NCBI RefSeq assembly: GCF_004365815.1 | Contig: NZ_SODD01000010.1 | Coordinates: 29,127 to 61,126, forward strand | Direction: 5' to 3' | DNA from: Breznakia blatticola | GTDB lineage: Bacteria; Bacillota_I; Bacilli_A; Erysipelotrichales; Erysipelotrichaceae | DNA length: 32,000 nucleotides | In this document: in pieces, positions 17,652 through 25,861 of the stretch | Layout: each line of letters starts with the position of its first letter | Position numbering within the stretch: the first letter of the stretch is position 1 | Program-made: the position numbers and the translations under genes | Notes under the pieces: model-generated | Seen by the model: only the letters and a program-made list of their open reading frames with translations | Told to the model about the DNA's origin: nothing | Databases searched by the model: none

Positions 17652-17683
17652 TAAAAAAAGCATAAGTTTTCTAGCTCATGCTT
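17652..17683 (-). terminator. Candidate terminator downstream of def (minus strand)
   Basis: On the minus strand, AAGCATGAG pairs with CTTATGCTT (9 bp, one G-U pair) around an 8-nt loop, followed by T6-7. Confidence 0.5.
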
Positions 17684-17695
17684 TATATTGTTGAT

Positions 17696-18256
17696 TTATT
17701 CAATCACAATTGGATCATGTAACGTTTCTGGACCTTGATTTTCTTTGATGTGATCATAGAATAGGGTACCATCCAAGTGATCCATTTCATGTTGAAGTAC
17801 GATAGCTGTATAACCACGTGCGCGAATACGAACATCCTTTTTTTGTAGATAATCGTATGCTTCGATGGTGATACGTGCATGTCTTGGGACAATTCCTTGA
17901 TGTACTTCTTCAACGGATAAACATCCTTCACCGTTTGCTAGGTAGCTATCTTGTTCTGAATGGCTGATTAATTTTGGATTGATCAGTGCATATTGTTCCA
18001 CAATTTCATCTTCTTCACCTCGAAGTACGACAGCTAACATACGCTTTTTTTGTGCAACTTGGATTGCAGCTAATCCAACTGCTGGTTTAAATCCCTCATT
18101 TTCTATCTTTTCTTCATCTGTAGATTCACATACATATTGGTAAAGTGCTTGAATTAGCGCTTCATCTTCTTTTGATAAAGGGAAACTGACTTCTTCAGAC
18201 ACCTCACGGATTCGTGGATCTGAATCAAGTATAATATCTTTTATTGTTAATCGCAT
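17696..18256 (-). CDS. def: Peptide deformylase
   Basis: 186 aa with the three PDF motifs: GLAAIQV, EGCLSV and QHEMDHLDG. Confidence 0.9.
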   Translation of the reverse strand: MRLTIKDIILDSDPRIREVSEEVSFPLSKEDEALIQALYQYVCESTDEEKIENEGFKPAVGLAAIQVAQKKRMLAVVLRGEEDEIVEQYALINPKLISHSEQDSYLANGEGCLSVEEVHQGIVPRHARITIEAYDYLQKKDVRIRARGYTAIVLQHEMDHLDGTLFYDHIKENQGPETLHDPIVIE

Positions 18257-18370
18257 ATAATATTTCTCCTACTGTTGTATTTTACGCAATTCTTTAAAAT
18301 TTGCAAAGCATTTTGACATATTAATTTAAAAATATGTATTTATAGTGTAAAATGTAGTGCAGGTGATAAA

Positions 18371-19582
18371 GTGAAAAAATTAGGAAAGTTATTTAGTCTT
18401 AAGATGCCGCCTATGTATGATCGATGGATCCATGCGGCTGTTATTATATTAATCTTCTTTGGAAGTATCATGGTCGTTTCAACAAGTGTTGGGATGAGTG
18501 CACAATCTCCCAATATTGTAAGAAACACGATTATTAAACAAGTGCTATTTTTAATTATCTCATATTTTGCGATGGTAAAAGTAGCTAGAGTTTTTCAAGT
18601 ATGGCTACGAAATAAGAATTTCTTACAAGTACTTGATGTTATTGGTGTACTAGTTGCAGCACTTTTGGTGTTTGTTGTACTATTTTCTACACCAGTAAAT
18701 GGAGCGAAGTCATGGATTCAACTACCTGGAGGATTGGGTACAATTCAACCGAGTGAGTTTGCTAAAGCTTTTTTAATCGTGTATATGGGAGTAAATATCT
18801 ATCATATTGGACCACAAAGAAAAACGCTTATGCAAATTATTTTTCGACCAACATTTTTCTTTATCGTGTTTGCATTATTAATTATTGCGCAACCTGACTT
18901 TGGTACAATTGTTGTATTAACAATGATTTTCTTGATTTGTAATATTGTACCAAGCCACTTTAAACTAAGTGGCATTCAAACCTTATGTAAAATTGCACTA
19001 GGATGTATTGTTGTTGGTCTTGCTTTCAGTATGACGCATTTTGGTATTACCGTATTAGAGAAATTACTAGGTGCAGATAACTATCAACTTGCGCGTTTTA
19101 TTAATGCGGATAATCCATTTACGCAAATCTTTGGAACTGGATATAACTTAACCTATAGTTTGTATGCGATTGCCAATGGGGGAATCACTGGTTTAGGTCT
19201 AGGACAAAGTGCACAAAAATATGGATATTTACCAGAAGCAGAAACGGACTTCATTTTACCAGTAACAATCGAAGAACTTGGACTTTTTGGTTTACTAGTC
19301 ATTGTGATTGGATATGGGATTATACTATATCGTCTTTTCTATTTTGCAAAACGTGCAGCAGATGATGGAACACGAATGATTTTAGTTGGTACTGCTGTGT
19401 ACTTATCAATTCACTTTATTTTAAATGTTGGAGGTGTAAGTGCGTTCTTACCACTAACCGGAGTTCCACTCTTATTTATTTCAAGTGGAGGTAGTTCACT
19501 TCTATCTATTATGGTATTAATGGGTGTGTGCCAGTCGATTATTTCACTGATACGACGTCAAAGAAAGAGGGTATTACGATAA
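18371..19582 (+). CDS. SEDS-family peptidoglycan polymerase/cell-division protein (FtsW/RodA/SpoVE)
   Basis: 403 aa with about 10 TM segments and SEDS motifs (IQPSEFAK, PDFGT, LPEAETDFI, PLTGVPLLFISSGGSS). The start is a GTG at 18371 after AGGTGA. The ATG at 18404 is an alternative. Confidence 0.8.
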   Translation: MKKLGKLFSLKMPPMYDRWIHAAVIILIFFGSIMVVSTSVGMSAQSPNIVRNTIIKQVLFLIISYFAMVKVARVFQVWLRNKNFLQVLDVIGVLVAALLVFVVLFSTPVNGAKSWIQLPGGLGTIQPSEFAKAFLIVYMGVNIYHIGPQRKTLMQIIFRPTFFFIVFALLIIAQPDFGTIVVLTMIFLICNIVPSHFKLSGIQTLCKIALGCIVVGLAFSMTHFGITVLEKLLGADNYQLARFINADNPFTQIFGTGYNLTYSLYAIANGGITGLGLGQSAQKYGYLPEAETDFILPVTIEELGLFGLLVIVIGYGIILYRLFYFAKRAADDGTRMILVGTAVYLSIHFILNVGGVSAFLPLTGVPLLFISSGGSSLLSIMVLMGVCQSIISLIRRQRKRVLR

Positions 19583-20133
19583 TGCGAGTATGTGCGGGGA
19601 AACATGGCTCAAGACGTTTAGAGTCTTTAAAAGGAGATCTTACTAGACCTACGGGTGATAAGGTTAAAGAAGCAATCTTTTCAAGTATTGGACCATACTT
19701 TGATGGTGGAGTTATGCTTGATTTATTTGGTGGTAGTGGGGGAATGGCACTGGAAGCTATATCACGAGGAATGGATTATGCATTTATTTGTGATAAGAAT
19801 AAAGCAGCTATCCAAGTAATTAAAAAGAATATAGAAATCTTACATGAACAAGCCAATACAAGTGTTATGCAAGCAGACTATCACAAAGTATTGCCTTGCT
19901 TAAAAAACGAAAGGTTTCGTTTGGTTTATTTAGACCCTCCATATGCAATGCATGTATATGAAGAAATTATGAAGTATCTACAAGAAAATAAAATGTTAAC
20001 AGATGATGCATATGTCATTTGTGAAAGCGATAGTAAAGTTGATTTACCAGTGCGTATAGGTACATTAGAAAAATACAAAGAAAAAGTATATGGTAAATCA
20101 AAAATACATATGTATAAAGGAGTAAGTGAATGA
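19582..20133 (+). CDS. rsmD: 16S rRNA (guanine966-N2)-methyltransferase
   Basis: It has RPTGDKVKEAIFSSIG, a SAM motif (LDLFGGSGGMALEAISRG) and DPPY. I set the start at the ATG at 19582, which overlaps the upstream TAA (TAATG) and follows AAGAAAGAGGG. The tracked start at 19528 lies inside the SEDS gene. Confidence 0.85.
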   Translation: MRVCAGKHGSRRLESLKGDLTRPTGDKVKEAIFSSIGPYFDGGVMLDLFGGSGGMALEAISRGMDYAFICDKNKAAIQVIKKNIEILHEQANTSVMQADYHKVLPCLKNERFRLVYLDPPYAMHVYEEIMKYLQENKMLTDDAYVICESDSKVDLPVRIGTLEKYKEKVYGKSKIHMYKGVSE

Positions 20134-20621
20134 AAAAAGCAATTTATCCAGGAAGCTTCGATCCGATAACAAAGGGGCATTACGATATTATTGAACGTTC
20201 TAGTAAAGTGTTTGATGAAGTCGTGATTGTCTTAATGAAAAACCCGGATAAAAAGGCATTGTTCACAATTGAAGAACGAATTGAAATGATTAAGCAAACG
20301 TGTGCAAATCTTCCTAATGTTACAGTTGATGTTGGAGAAGGATTGACTGTACACTATGCAAAAAAACAAAATGCTAAAGTTATGATTCGTGGAATACGTG
20401 CTGTACAAGATTATGAATATGAACTTCGTAATGCTACTGCAAACATGTGGTTAGATGCGGATGTTGAAACATGTTTCTTTATGGCTAAACCTGAATATTC
20501 TTTTTTATCAAGTAGCTCAGTTAAAGAAATTGCTAGCTTTGGTGGAGATGTCAGTAAGTTTGTCGATCCATATGTAATAACGAAGCTAAAAGAAAAGTTT
20601 GATACTAAGAACTCTAAGTAG
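20130..20621 (+). CDS. coaD: Phosphopantetheine adenylyltransferase
   Basis: 163 aa with AIYPGSFDPITKGHYDIIERS and a C-terminal ISSSSVKEI-type motif. An ATGA overlap couples it to rsmD. Confidence 0.92.
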   Translation: MKKAIYPGSFDPITKGHYDIIERSSKVFDEVVIVLMKNPDKKALFTIEERIEMIKQTCANLPNVTVDVGEGLTVHYAKKQNAKVMIRGIRAVQDYEYELRNATANMWLDADVETCFFMAKPEYSFLSSSSVKEIASFGGDVSKFVDPYVITKLKEKFDTKNSK

Positions 20622-20634
20622 TTCTTTTTCTTTA
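20607..20634 (+). terminator. Candidate terminator after coaD
   Basis: The stem AAGAACT (20607..20613) pairs with AGTTCTT (20620..20626) around a 6-nt loop, followed by TTTCTTT. It overlaps the coaD stop. Confidence 0.5.
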
Positions 20635-20713
20635 CCTCACATTTAATTTAATGTAACATAAATGATGTAACAATCTTGTATATACTCTAGGTAAATACAA
20701 GGAGGAACTAAAA

Positions 20714-21073
20714 ATGAAAGATACATTATTAGCAAAAGAATTATTAAATGGAGTATGGGATGTAGATCACGCTGCTGTTAAACGCGCACTTACATATGGT
20801 GCAGATGCCAACTGGATTTTTAATGGATATCCAATTTTGGTTCATGCCGTTTACACAAGAGATTTAGAAATGGTGGAATTATTGATTTCTCATGGTGCAA
20901 GTCAAGTTGGTGAAGCCCTTGGTTTTGCCTTAGAGTTTGGACTAGGAGAAATGGTAGAACCACTGGCATATCAAGGAATTGTACCTAAAGCAATTAAAGT
21001 AGATGAACGCTTTGGTACACATCCAGAACGTTTTAGTTTACCAAGACATACCTTACAAAGTATGCAAGCATAA
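20714..21073 (+). CDS. Small ankyrin-repeat-like protein
   Basis: 119 aa. GADANWIFNGYPILVHAVYTRDLEMVELLISHGAS fits the ankyrin repeat consensus (G-xP-L-hA-...-V-LL-GA). The SD AAGGAGG precedes the ATG. Confidence 0.6.
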   Translation: MKDTLLAKELLNGVWDVDHAAVKRALTYGADANWIFNGYPILVHAVYTRDLEMVELLISHGASQVGEALGFALEFGLGEMVEPLAYQGIVPKAIKVDERFGTHPERFSLPRHTLQSMQA

Positions 21074-21094
21074 ATATAATTAAGGAGAATAGCT

Positions 21095-22039
21095 ATGAAT
21101 CGAAGCGCACTTGTTATCAAAATGTTAAATTACTTAAAAGCAAACGATGTAGTTTCGCGTGATGAAATTGCAAGTTATTTAGAGACGAATAAACGAAATA
21201 TCTCCGAATTTAAAAAAGAATTAGAAGTCGCAGGATATGTCATTGAAAGTATTACAGGTAAAGATGGGGGATACCGACTAGATGAAACAAGTCTAGTTCC
21301 CACCATTGCCTTAACTGATAAAGAAATAGAATCTCTACATGATGCAGGTGCCTTCTTACAAATGTATAATTACAATCAATTGACTTGTTACAACGATGCA
21401 CTAATGAAAATCAAAAATGCATTACATGAACCTAACCAAAGTAAGAATATTCATTATCTGTGGAGTGGACAAACTACTCATACGGAACATAAAATGATTT
21501 CATTATTTCAAGAAGCTCGAGATAAACGTATGCATGTTCGCTTTTTGTATCGCTCTTTACAAGCAACAACATTTGATGAACGATATGTGCAACCATATGA
21601 ACTTATCGTTTCTGAAGACGGAAATTATGTTCTAGCTTATGATCGTACAGAAGGAAAGCGTCCAGGATATAAATCATTCAAACTATCCGATGTACGTATG
21701 AAACGAGTTGAAATTGCCTCGATTCGTTTTGCACGTGATCCAGATTTTAAAATTGATGAACATGTTGGAAAACAAAATCTGATTGCTGAAGCATATTGCG
21801 TGAAAATTAAAGTAACTGGATTACATGCAATCTTACTAGAAGAGCGGAGTATTGGTTTACTTGAAAGCAAGGAAAAAGTTGATGATGGTTTGCTTATTGA
21901 ATTCACGATGGAAAACAAAGCAAAGATCTTAGAATTTCTTCGTTCCCTTGGTCCAGATTGTATCTTACTTGAACCGAGTGAACTAAAAGATGAATTAATT
22001 GACAGTTTACAACAAAGTCTGAGTCAATATATGCTATAA
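21095..22039 (+). CDS. HTH-WYL-WCX transcriptional regulator (YafY/BrxR/CapW-like architecture)
   Basis: 314 aa. It has an N-terminal DeoR/HTH_11-like wHTH (ALVIKMLNYLKANDVVSRDEIASYLETNKRNISEFKKELEVAGYVIES). It has a WYL-type domain (HVRFLYRSLQATTFDERYVQPYELIVSEDGNYVLAYDRTEG...YKSFKLSDVRM). The C-terminus ends in CILLEPSELKDEL, which looks like a WCX domain. Confidence 0.8.
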   Translation: MNRSALVIKMLNYLKANDVVSRDEIASYLETNKRNISEFKKELEVAGYVIESITGKDGGYRLDETSLVPTIALTDKEIESLHDAGAFLQMYNYNQLTCYNDALMKIKNALHEPNQSKNIHYLWSGQTTHTEHKMISLFQEARDKRMHVRFLYRSLQATTFDERYVQPYELIVSEDGNYVLAYDRTEGKRPGYKSFKLSDVRMKRVEIASIRFARDPDFKIDEHVGKQNLIAEAYCVKIKVTGLHAILLEERSIGLLESKEKVDDGLLIEFTMENKAKILEFLRSLGPDCILLEPSELKDELIDSLQQSLSQYML

Positions 22040-22053
22040 TTGAAAAGCGAATT

Positions 22054-23514
22054 ATGAAACATTTATCAGATATTAATAAATTACAGCGCTGTGATCGTCT
22101 ATTGTGGCTTTCAAAAAAGCAACCACAAGCGTTTCAACGATATGTAATGTTCAATGAAAATATATACGAATTAACCTTGCGTTTATTTGGCATGAAGGAA
22201 TATTTTAAAGGAGCTCCTCATGATACAAATGAGCGCTTCTTTAGCAACATAGATGCGTACGATGTATTTGTTAGTGTACGTTTGGAATATAATGATTTAC
22301 GTATTAAAATGCCAATCATGCGTAAAGTGCATGATGGTTTTGTATTGTATTATCCATATGCAAATTGTTATCCAAAAGAACATGAAGCACAAACGTATGC
22401 AGATCAAGAATGGGTTTTAGATCATTTAGGTATTCGCGTAGTCGATCGCTTTATTGTGCGATTAAATCCAGAATATGTCCGACAAGGAGAACTAGATTTA
22501 GAACAATTGCTACTTGTTGAAAAGAAATTGTATAACGACAAAAATAAAGCAAAACATAGTATTGGCAAATTAGTCAATGAAAGAAAACGTGATCTTACAC
22601 CATTCCTCGAAGCTATTGATACAGTAATGGAGGAGGAACCAGAACGTAAAATTCGTACCAATATATGTACACGTAAAGGGAAATGTGAATACTTTGATGT
22701 ATGTTTCCCAAATCAAAAAGATGTGAGTATTTTAAATCTAGTCTCTTCATCAAAGAAATTTGAATTGCATGACATTCAAGGAATTGAAACAATCTCACAA
22801 ATCGACTTTGCTGATGTAGAGGGAACACGACATCAATATGCACAGTACATGGCCGCAAAAACAGGAACTCTGTTTTTTGATGCAGTTGCTGTCTCGCATT
22901 TTTTTAGAGATGTCACATATCCAATCAGTTATTTGGATTTTGAATGGGAAACATTTGCCTTTCCACCTTTTGATGGAATGAAGCCATATGATGTACTTAC
23001 ATTTCAGTATTCATTACATATTGAAGATGCTAAGCATAATGTACGTCACAAAGAGTTTTTAGGACGTAAAGACTGTCGTGAAGATTTCATTAAACAGTTA
23101 ATTGAAGATATTCCAAAAACTGGATCTGTCATGTGTTTTAATGTAGAAGGTGCTGAAAAGTTACGCTTAAAGCAACTAGCTGCGCAATTTCCAAAATATC
23201 ATGATGCACTTGAACAAATTTGGCAGCGTATGGTTGATTTAGCAATTCCTTTCTCAAGTGGTTTAATTTATGACAATAAGATGGCAGGAATGTACTCATT
23301 AAAGAAACTCGTTAAAATATTTACTAATAAATCGTATGATGAATTAGCGATTGGTGATGGAATTACTGCTATGCAATCCTATGCAAAGTTAGATGAAGCT
23401 GATGAAGAAACTATCAAGAATTTATTGAAGTATTGTGCAATGGATACATATTCAATGATTTTGGTATATCACTGGGTACTACGACAACTGGCAAAACGAA
23501 AGAAAAACAAATAG
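22054..23514 (+). CDS. DUF2779-like protein: N-terminal Cas4/RecB-like (Fe-S cysteine pattern) half plus C-terminal RNase H/DEDD-like half
   Basis: 486 aa. The N-terminus LSDINKLQRCDRLLWL resembles the DUF2779 signature LSKS..f..CP..LWL. Cys13 plus CTRKGKCEYFDVC gives a 1+3 cysteine pattern like Cas4/AddB clusters. The C-terminal half has YLDFEWETFAFPP...KPYDVLTFQYSLH (DxE), MCFNVEGAEKLRL and YCAMDTYSM. The family call is from memory of its motifs. Confidence 0.6.
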   Translation: MKHLSDINKLQRCDRLLWLSKKQPQAFQRYVMFNENIYELTLRLFGMKEYFKGAPHDTNERFFSNIDAYDVFVSVRLEYNDLRIKMPIMRKVHDGFVLYYPYANCYPKEHEAQTYADQEWVLDHLGIRVVDRFIVRLNPEYVRQGELDLEQLLLVEKKLYNDKNKAKHSIGKLVNERKRDLTPFLEAIDTVMEEEPERKIRTNICTRKGKCEYFDVCFPNQKDVSILNLVSSSKKFELHDIQGIETISQIDFADVEGTRHQYAQYMAAKTGTLFFDAVAVSHFFRDVTYPISYLDFEWETFAFPPFDGMKPYDVLTFQYSLHIEDAKHNVRHKEFLGRKDCREDFIKQLIEDIPKTGSVMCFNVEGAEKLRLKQLAAQFPKYHDALEQIWQRMVDLAIPFSSGLIYDNKMAGMYSLKKLVKIFTNKSYDELAIGDGITAMQSYAKLDEADEETIKNLLKYCAMDTYSMILVYHWVLRQLAKRKKNK

Positions 23515-23550
23515 TTTTGTGATACACTATTCATATCAAGAGGTGAATGT

Positions 23551-24525
23551 ATGCCAAATTTAATTACACACAACATCTTCTGTGAAGAAGTATTAAAAGA
23601 CATAAACAATAAGAAATATAGAGACATTATCACAAGTCATATGGAAGAGTATCGAATTGGTAGTAATGGACCTGATTTCTTATTTTTTCATGGAGTTTTT
23701 CCGTTGTATAAAACACCAGATGTACATATATCTAAAATTGGTACGAAGTTGCATCGAGGAAAAGTAAATGCCTTTTATAAAAGTGCGATTGAAACGTACT
23801 TGAATTATCCAAATAATAAAATTAAGAAAGCCATGGCTAGTTATATTATTGGACACTATTTACACTGGCAACTAGATTCTGTAATGCATCCATATGTTGT
23901 ATACAATACTGGTTTTAAAAGTGAATATGCAACACTGTATCACCATCGTTTTGAATCAATGATGGATACGATTAATTTAAAGAACTATCGAAATACAACG
24001 ATTCGCTCATTTAAAACGTATGAAATTACAAATCGTGGAAAATATACAGATCGTGCCATAGCTGAAGTTTATATTCCTGCAGTATATGCTTGTTTTTCTA
24101 CAGAGATTACAAGTGATGAAATTATACAAGCATTACGTGATTGGCAAAAAGCACAAAAGTATTTATATGATCCACATAAAATGAAATATCGGTTATTACG
24201 AAGTTATGAACGTATAGCGCGTAAACCTGGACTAAGTGGAAATGTGGTGCTCCCTGATATTGATACACGCTATGATGTCATGAATGTGAAAAAACGAACA
24301 TGGTTACATCCAACAACCGGTCAACCAAGCAATGAAAGTGAAGATGAAGTATTTATTCGCGCAATGAACGATGCAAAGATTGGATTACCTTTACTTTTTG
24401 ATGCACTTGATGGTAAAGATATGAAACCGTTTTTGAAATTCTTAGGTGATAAAACTTACAATAATGGAGTGAAACCTAGTGAAGCAACACGTTTATATAA
24501 AGATCCTATTTACGATCGCAAGTAA
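23551..24525 (+). CDS. Zinc-dependent phospholipase C / P1-nuclease-fold family protein (cytoplasmic)
   Basis: 324 aa. Motifs MPNLITHNIF, GSNGPDFLFFHG and IGHYLHWQLDSVMHPYV are typical of Zn_dep_PLPC-family proteins in Firmicutes. There is no signal peptide. The SD AGAGGTG lies 36 nt after the upstream stop. Confidence 0.65.
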   Translation: MPNLITHNIFCEEVLKDINNKKYRDIITSHMEEYRIGSNGPDFLFFHGVFPLYKTPDVHISKIGTKLHRGKVNAFYKSAIETYLNYPNNKIKKAMASYIIGHYLHWQLDSVMHPYVVYNTGFKSEYATLYHHRFESMMDTINLKNYRNTTIRSFKTYEITNRGKYTDRAIAEVYIPAVYACFSTEITSDEIIQALRDWQKAQKYLYDPHKMKYRLLRSYERIARKPGLSGNVVLPDIDTRYDVMNVKKRTWLHPTTGQPSNESEDEVFIRAMNDAKIGLPLLFDALDGKDMKPFLKFLGDKTYNNGVKPSEATRLYKDPIYDRK

Positions 24526-24633
24526 ATCGTAAAATACTATTGCATTTGTATGAAAAACTACATAGCATTTATAGGAAAAAAGCGTACGATATAGATAAGA
24601 AGAACGTTACGAATACGTGAAAAGGAGAAATTG

Positions 24634-25809
24634 ATGGAAAATTTTAGTTTTTATGCTCCAACCTATTTTGCCTTTGGTAAAGAAAGTGAAAATGAAGTTG
24701 GAAAGCTTGTAAAGCGCTTTGGTGGAACAAAGGTTTTGATTCACTATGGTGGAGGAAGTGTAGTTCGCTCTGGACTACTTGATCGCGTAAAGAAAAGTTT
24801 AGATGAACAAGAAATTTCATATATGGAACTTGGGGGAGTGAAACCAAATCCAAGAAGTGGACTTGTTTATGAAGGAATTGATATTTGTAAGGACAATGCC
24901 ATTGATTTTATTCTAGCTGTTGGTGGTGGTAGTGTTATTGACTCAGCAAAAGCAATTGCCGCTGGTGCAATCTATGATGGTGATTTCTGGGATTACTATA
25001 CAGGAAAACGCGTCAACCAAGCTTTACCAATAGGAACTGTTCTTACAATTGCTGCCGCTGGTAGTGAAGGTTCACCTGATTCTGTAATTACAAATGAAGA
25101 TGGAATGTATAAACGAGGAAGTTCAGGAGAAGGCTTACGTCCTAAATTTTCTGTATTAAATCCAGAACTTACACAAACATTACCGGCTTATCAAAGTGCT
25201 GCGGGAATTACCGATATTATGGCACATTTGATGGAACGCTATATGACAAATACAACAGATGTAGAAGTAACCGATCGAATGATTGAAGGTTTATTAAAAA
25301 CAATGATTCATGAGGGTCCTAAAGTTATTGAAAATCCAAATAACTATCAAGCAAGAGCAAATATTATGTGGGCTGGTATGATGGCACATAATAACTCATG
25401 TGGAGTAGGGCGCAGTCAAGACTGGGCAAGTCATGATATTGAGCATGAATTAAGTGCAACTTATGATGTAACACACGGAGCTGGATTGGCTGTTGTTATG
25501 CCCCAAGTGATGCGTTATAACATGAATCATGATTTGATGCGATTTGTACAACTTGCACATCGTGTATGGAATGTCGAAATTGACTTTACCGATTTAGAAA
25601 CAACGGCAAATAAAGGAATTGATGCATTCCAACAATATTTAGCATCCATTGGAATGCCAACGACATTTGCACAAATCGGAGCTAAAGAAGAAGATATTCC
25701 TGCAATGGCACACAGTGCATGCTATGGAAATAAGCGTACTGGTACAATTGGTGGCTTTGTTTCGTTAAACGAAGAAGATGTTATCAACATTTATAAAATG
25801 TGTTTATAG
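24634..25809 (+). CDS. Iron-containing (group III) alcohol dehydrogenase, butanol dehydrogenase/YqhD-like
   Basis: It has GGGSVIDSAKAIA plus metal-binding His motifs (HDIEHELSATYDVTHGAGLA). I set the start at the ATG at 24634, 6 nt after AGGAG. The tracked TTG at 24631 is too close to the SD. Confidence 0.85.
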   Translation: MENFSFYAPTYFAFGKESENEVGKLVKRFGGTKVLIHYGGGSVVRSGLLDRVKKSLDEQEISYMELGGVKPNPRSGLVYEGIDICKDNAIDFILAVGGGSVIDSAKAIAAGAIYDGDFWDYYTGKRVNQALPIGTVLTIAAAGSEGSPDSVITNEDGMYKRGSSGEGLRPKFSVLNPELTQTLPAYQSAAGITDIMAHLMERYMTNTTDVEVTDRMIEGLLKTMIHEGPKVIENPNNYQARANIMWAGMMAHNNSCGVGRSQDWASHDIEHELSATYDVTHGAGLAVVMPQVMRYNMNHDLMRFVQLAHRVWNVEIDFTDLETTANKGIDAFQQYLASIGMPTTFAQIGAKEEDIPAMAHSACYGNKRTGTIGGFVSLNEEDVINIYKMCL

Positions 25810-25818
25810 AAAATGAAG

Positions 25819-25845
25819 ACTGGAATGATGTTTCCAGTTTTTTCT
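25819..25845 (+). terminator. Rho-independent terminator after the alcohol dehydrogenase gene
   Basis: The stem ACTGGAA (25819..25825) pairs with TTCCAGT (25832..25838) around a 6-nt loop, followed by TTTTTT. Confidence 0.7.
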
Positions 25846-25846
25846 A

Positions 25847-25855
25847 TGCTACAAT
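25847..25855 (+). promoter_or_regulatory. Extended -10 promoter (TGcTACAAT) placed for a leaderless Nudix transcript
   Basis: TG lies at 25847..25848 and TACAAT at 25850..25855. The A of the ATG (25862) is exactly 7 nt after the last base of the -10. No SD lies between them. Confidence 0.45.
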
Positions 25856-25861
25856 AGAAAC

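Noticed and set aside
19528-19581. Tracked 5' extension of rsmD, and similar upstream alternative starts at 13564 (dapB), 24631 (adh), 26657 (hpf) and 1486 (PTP)
   Set aside because: Each extension overlaps the preceding gene or sits too close to, or upstream of, the evident SD. The downstream ATG has correct SD spacing or stop/start coupling in every case.
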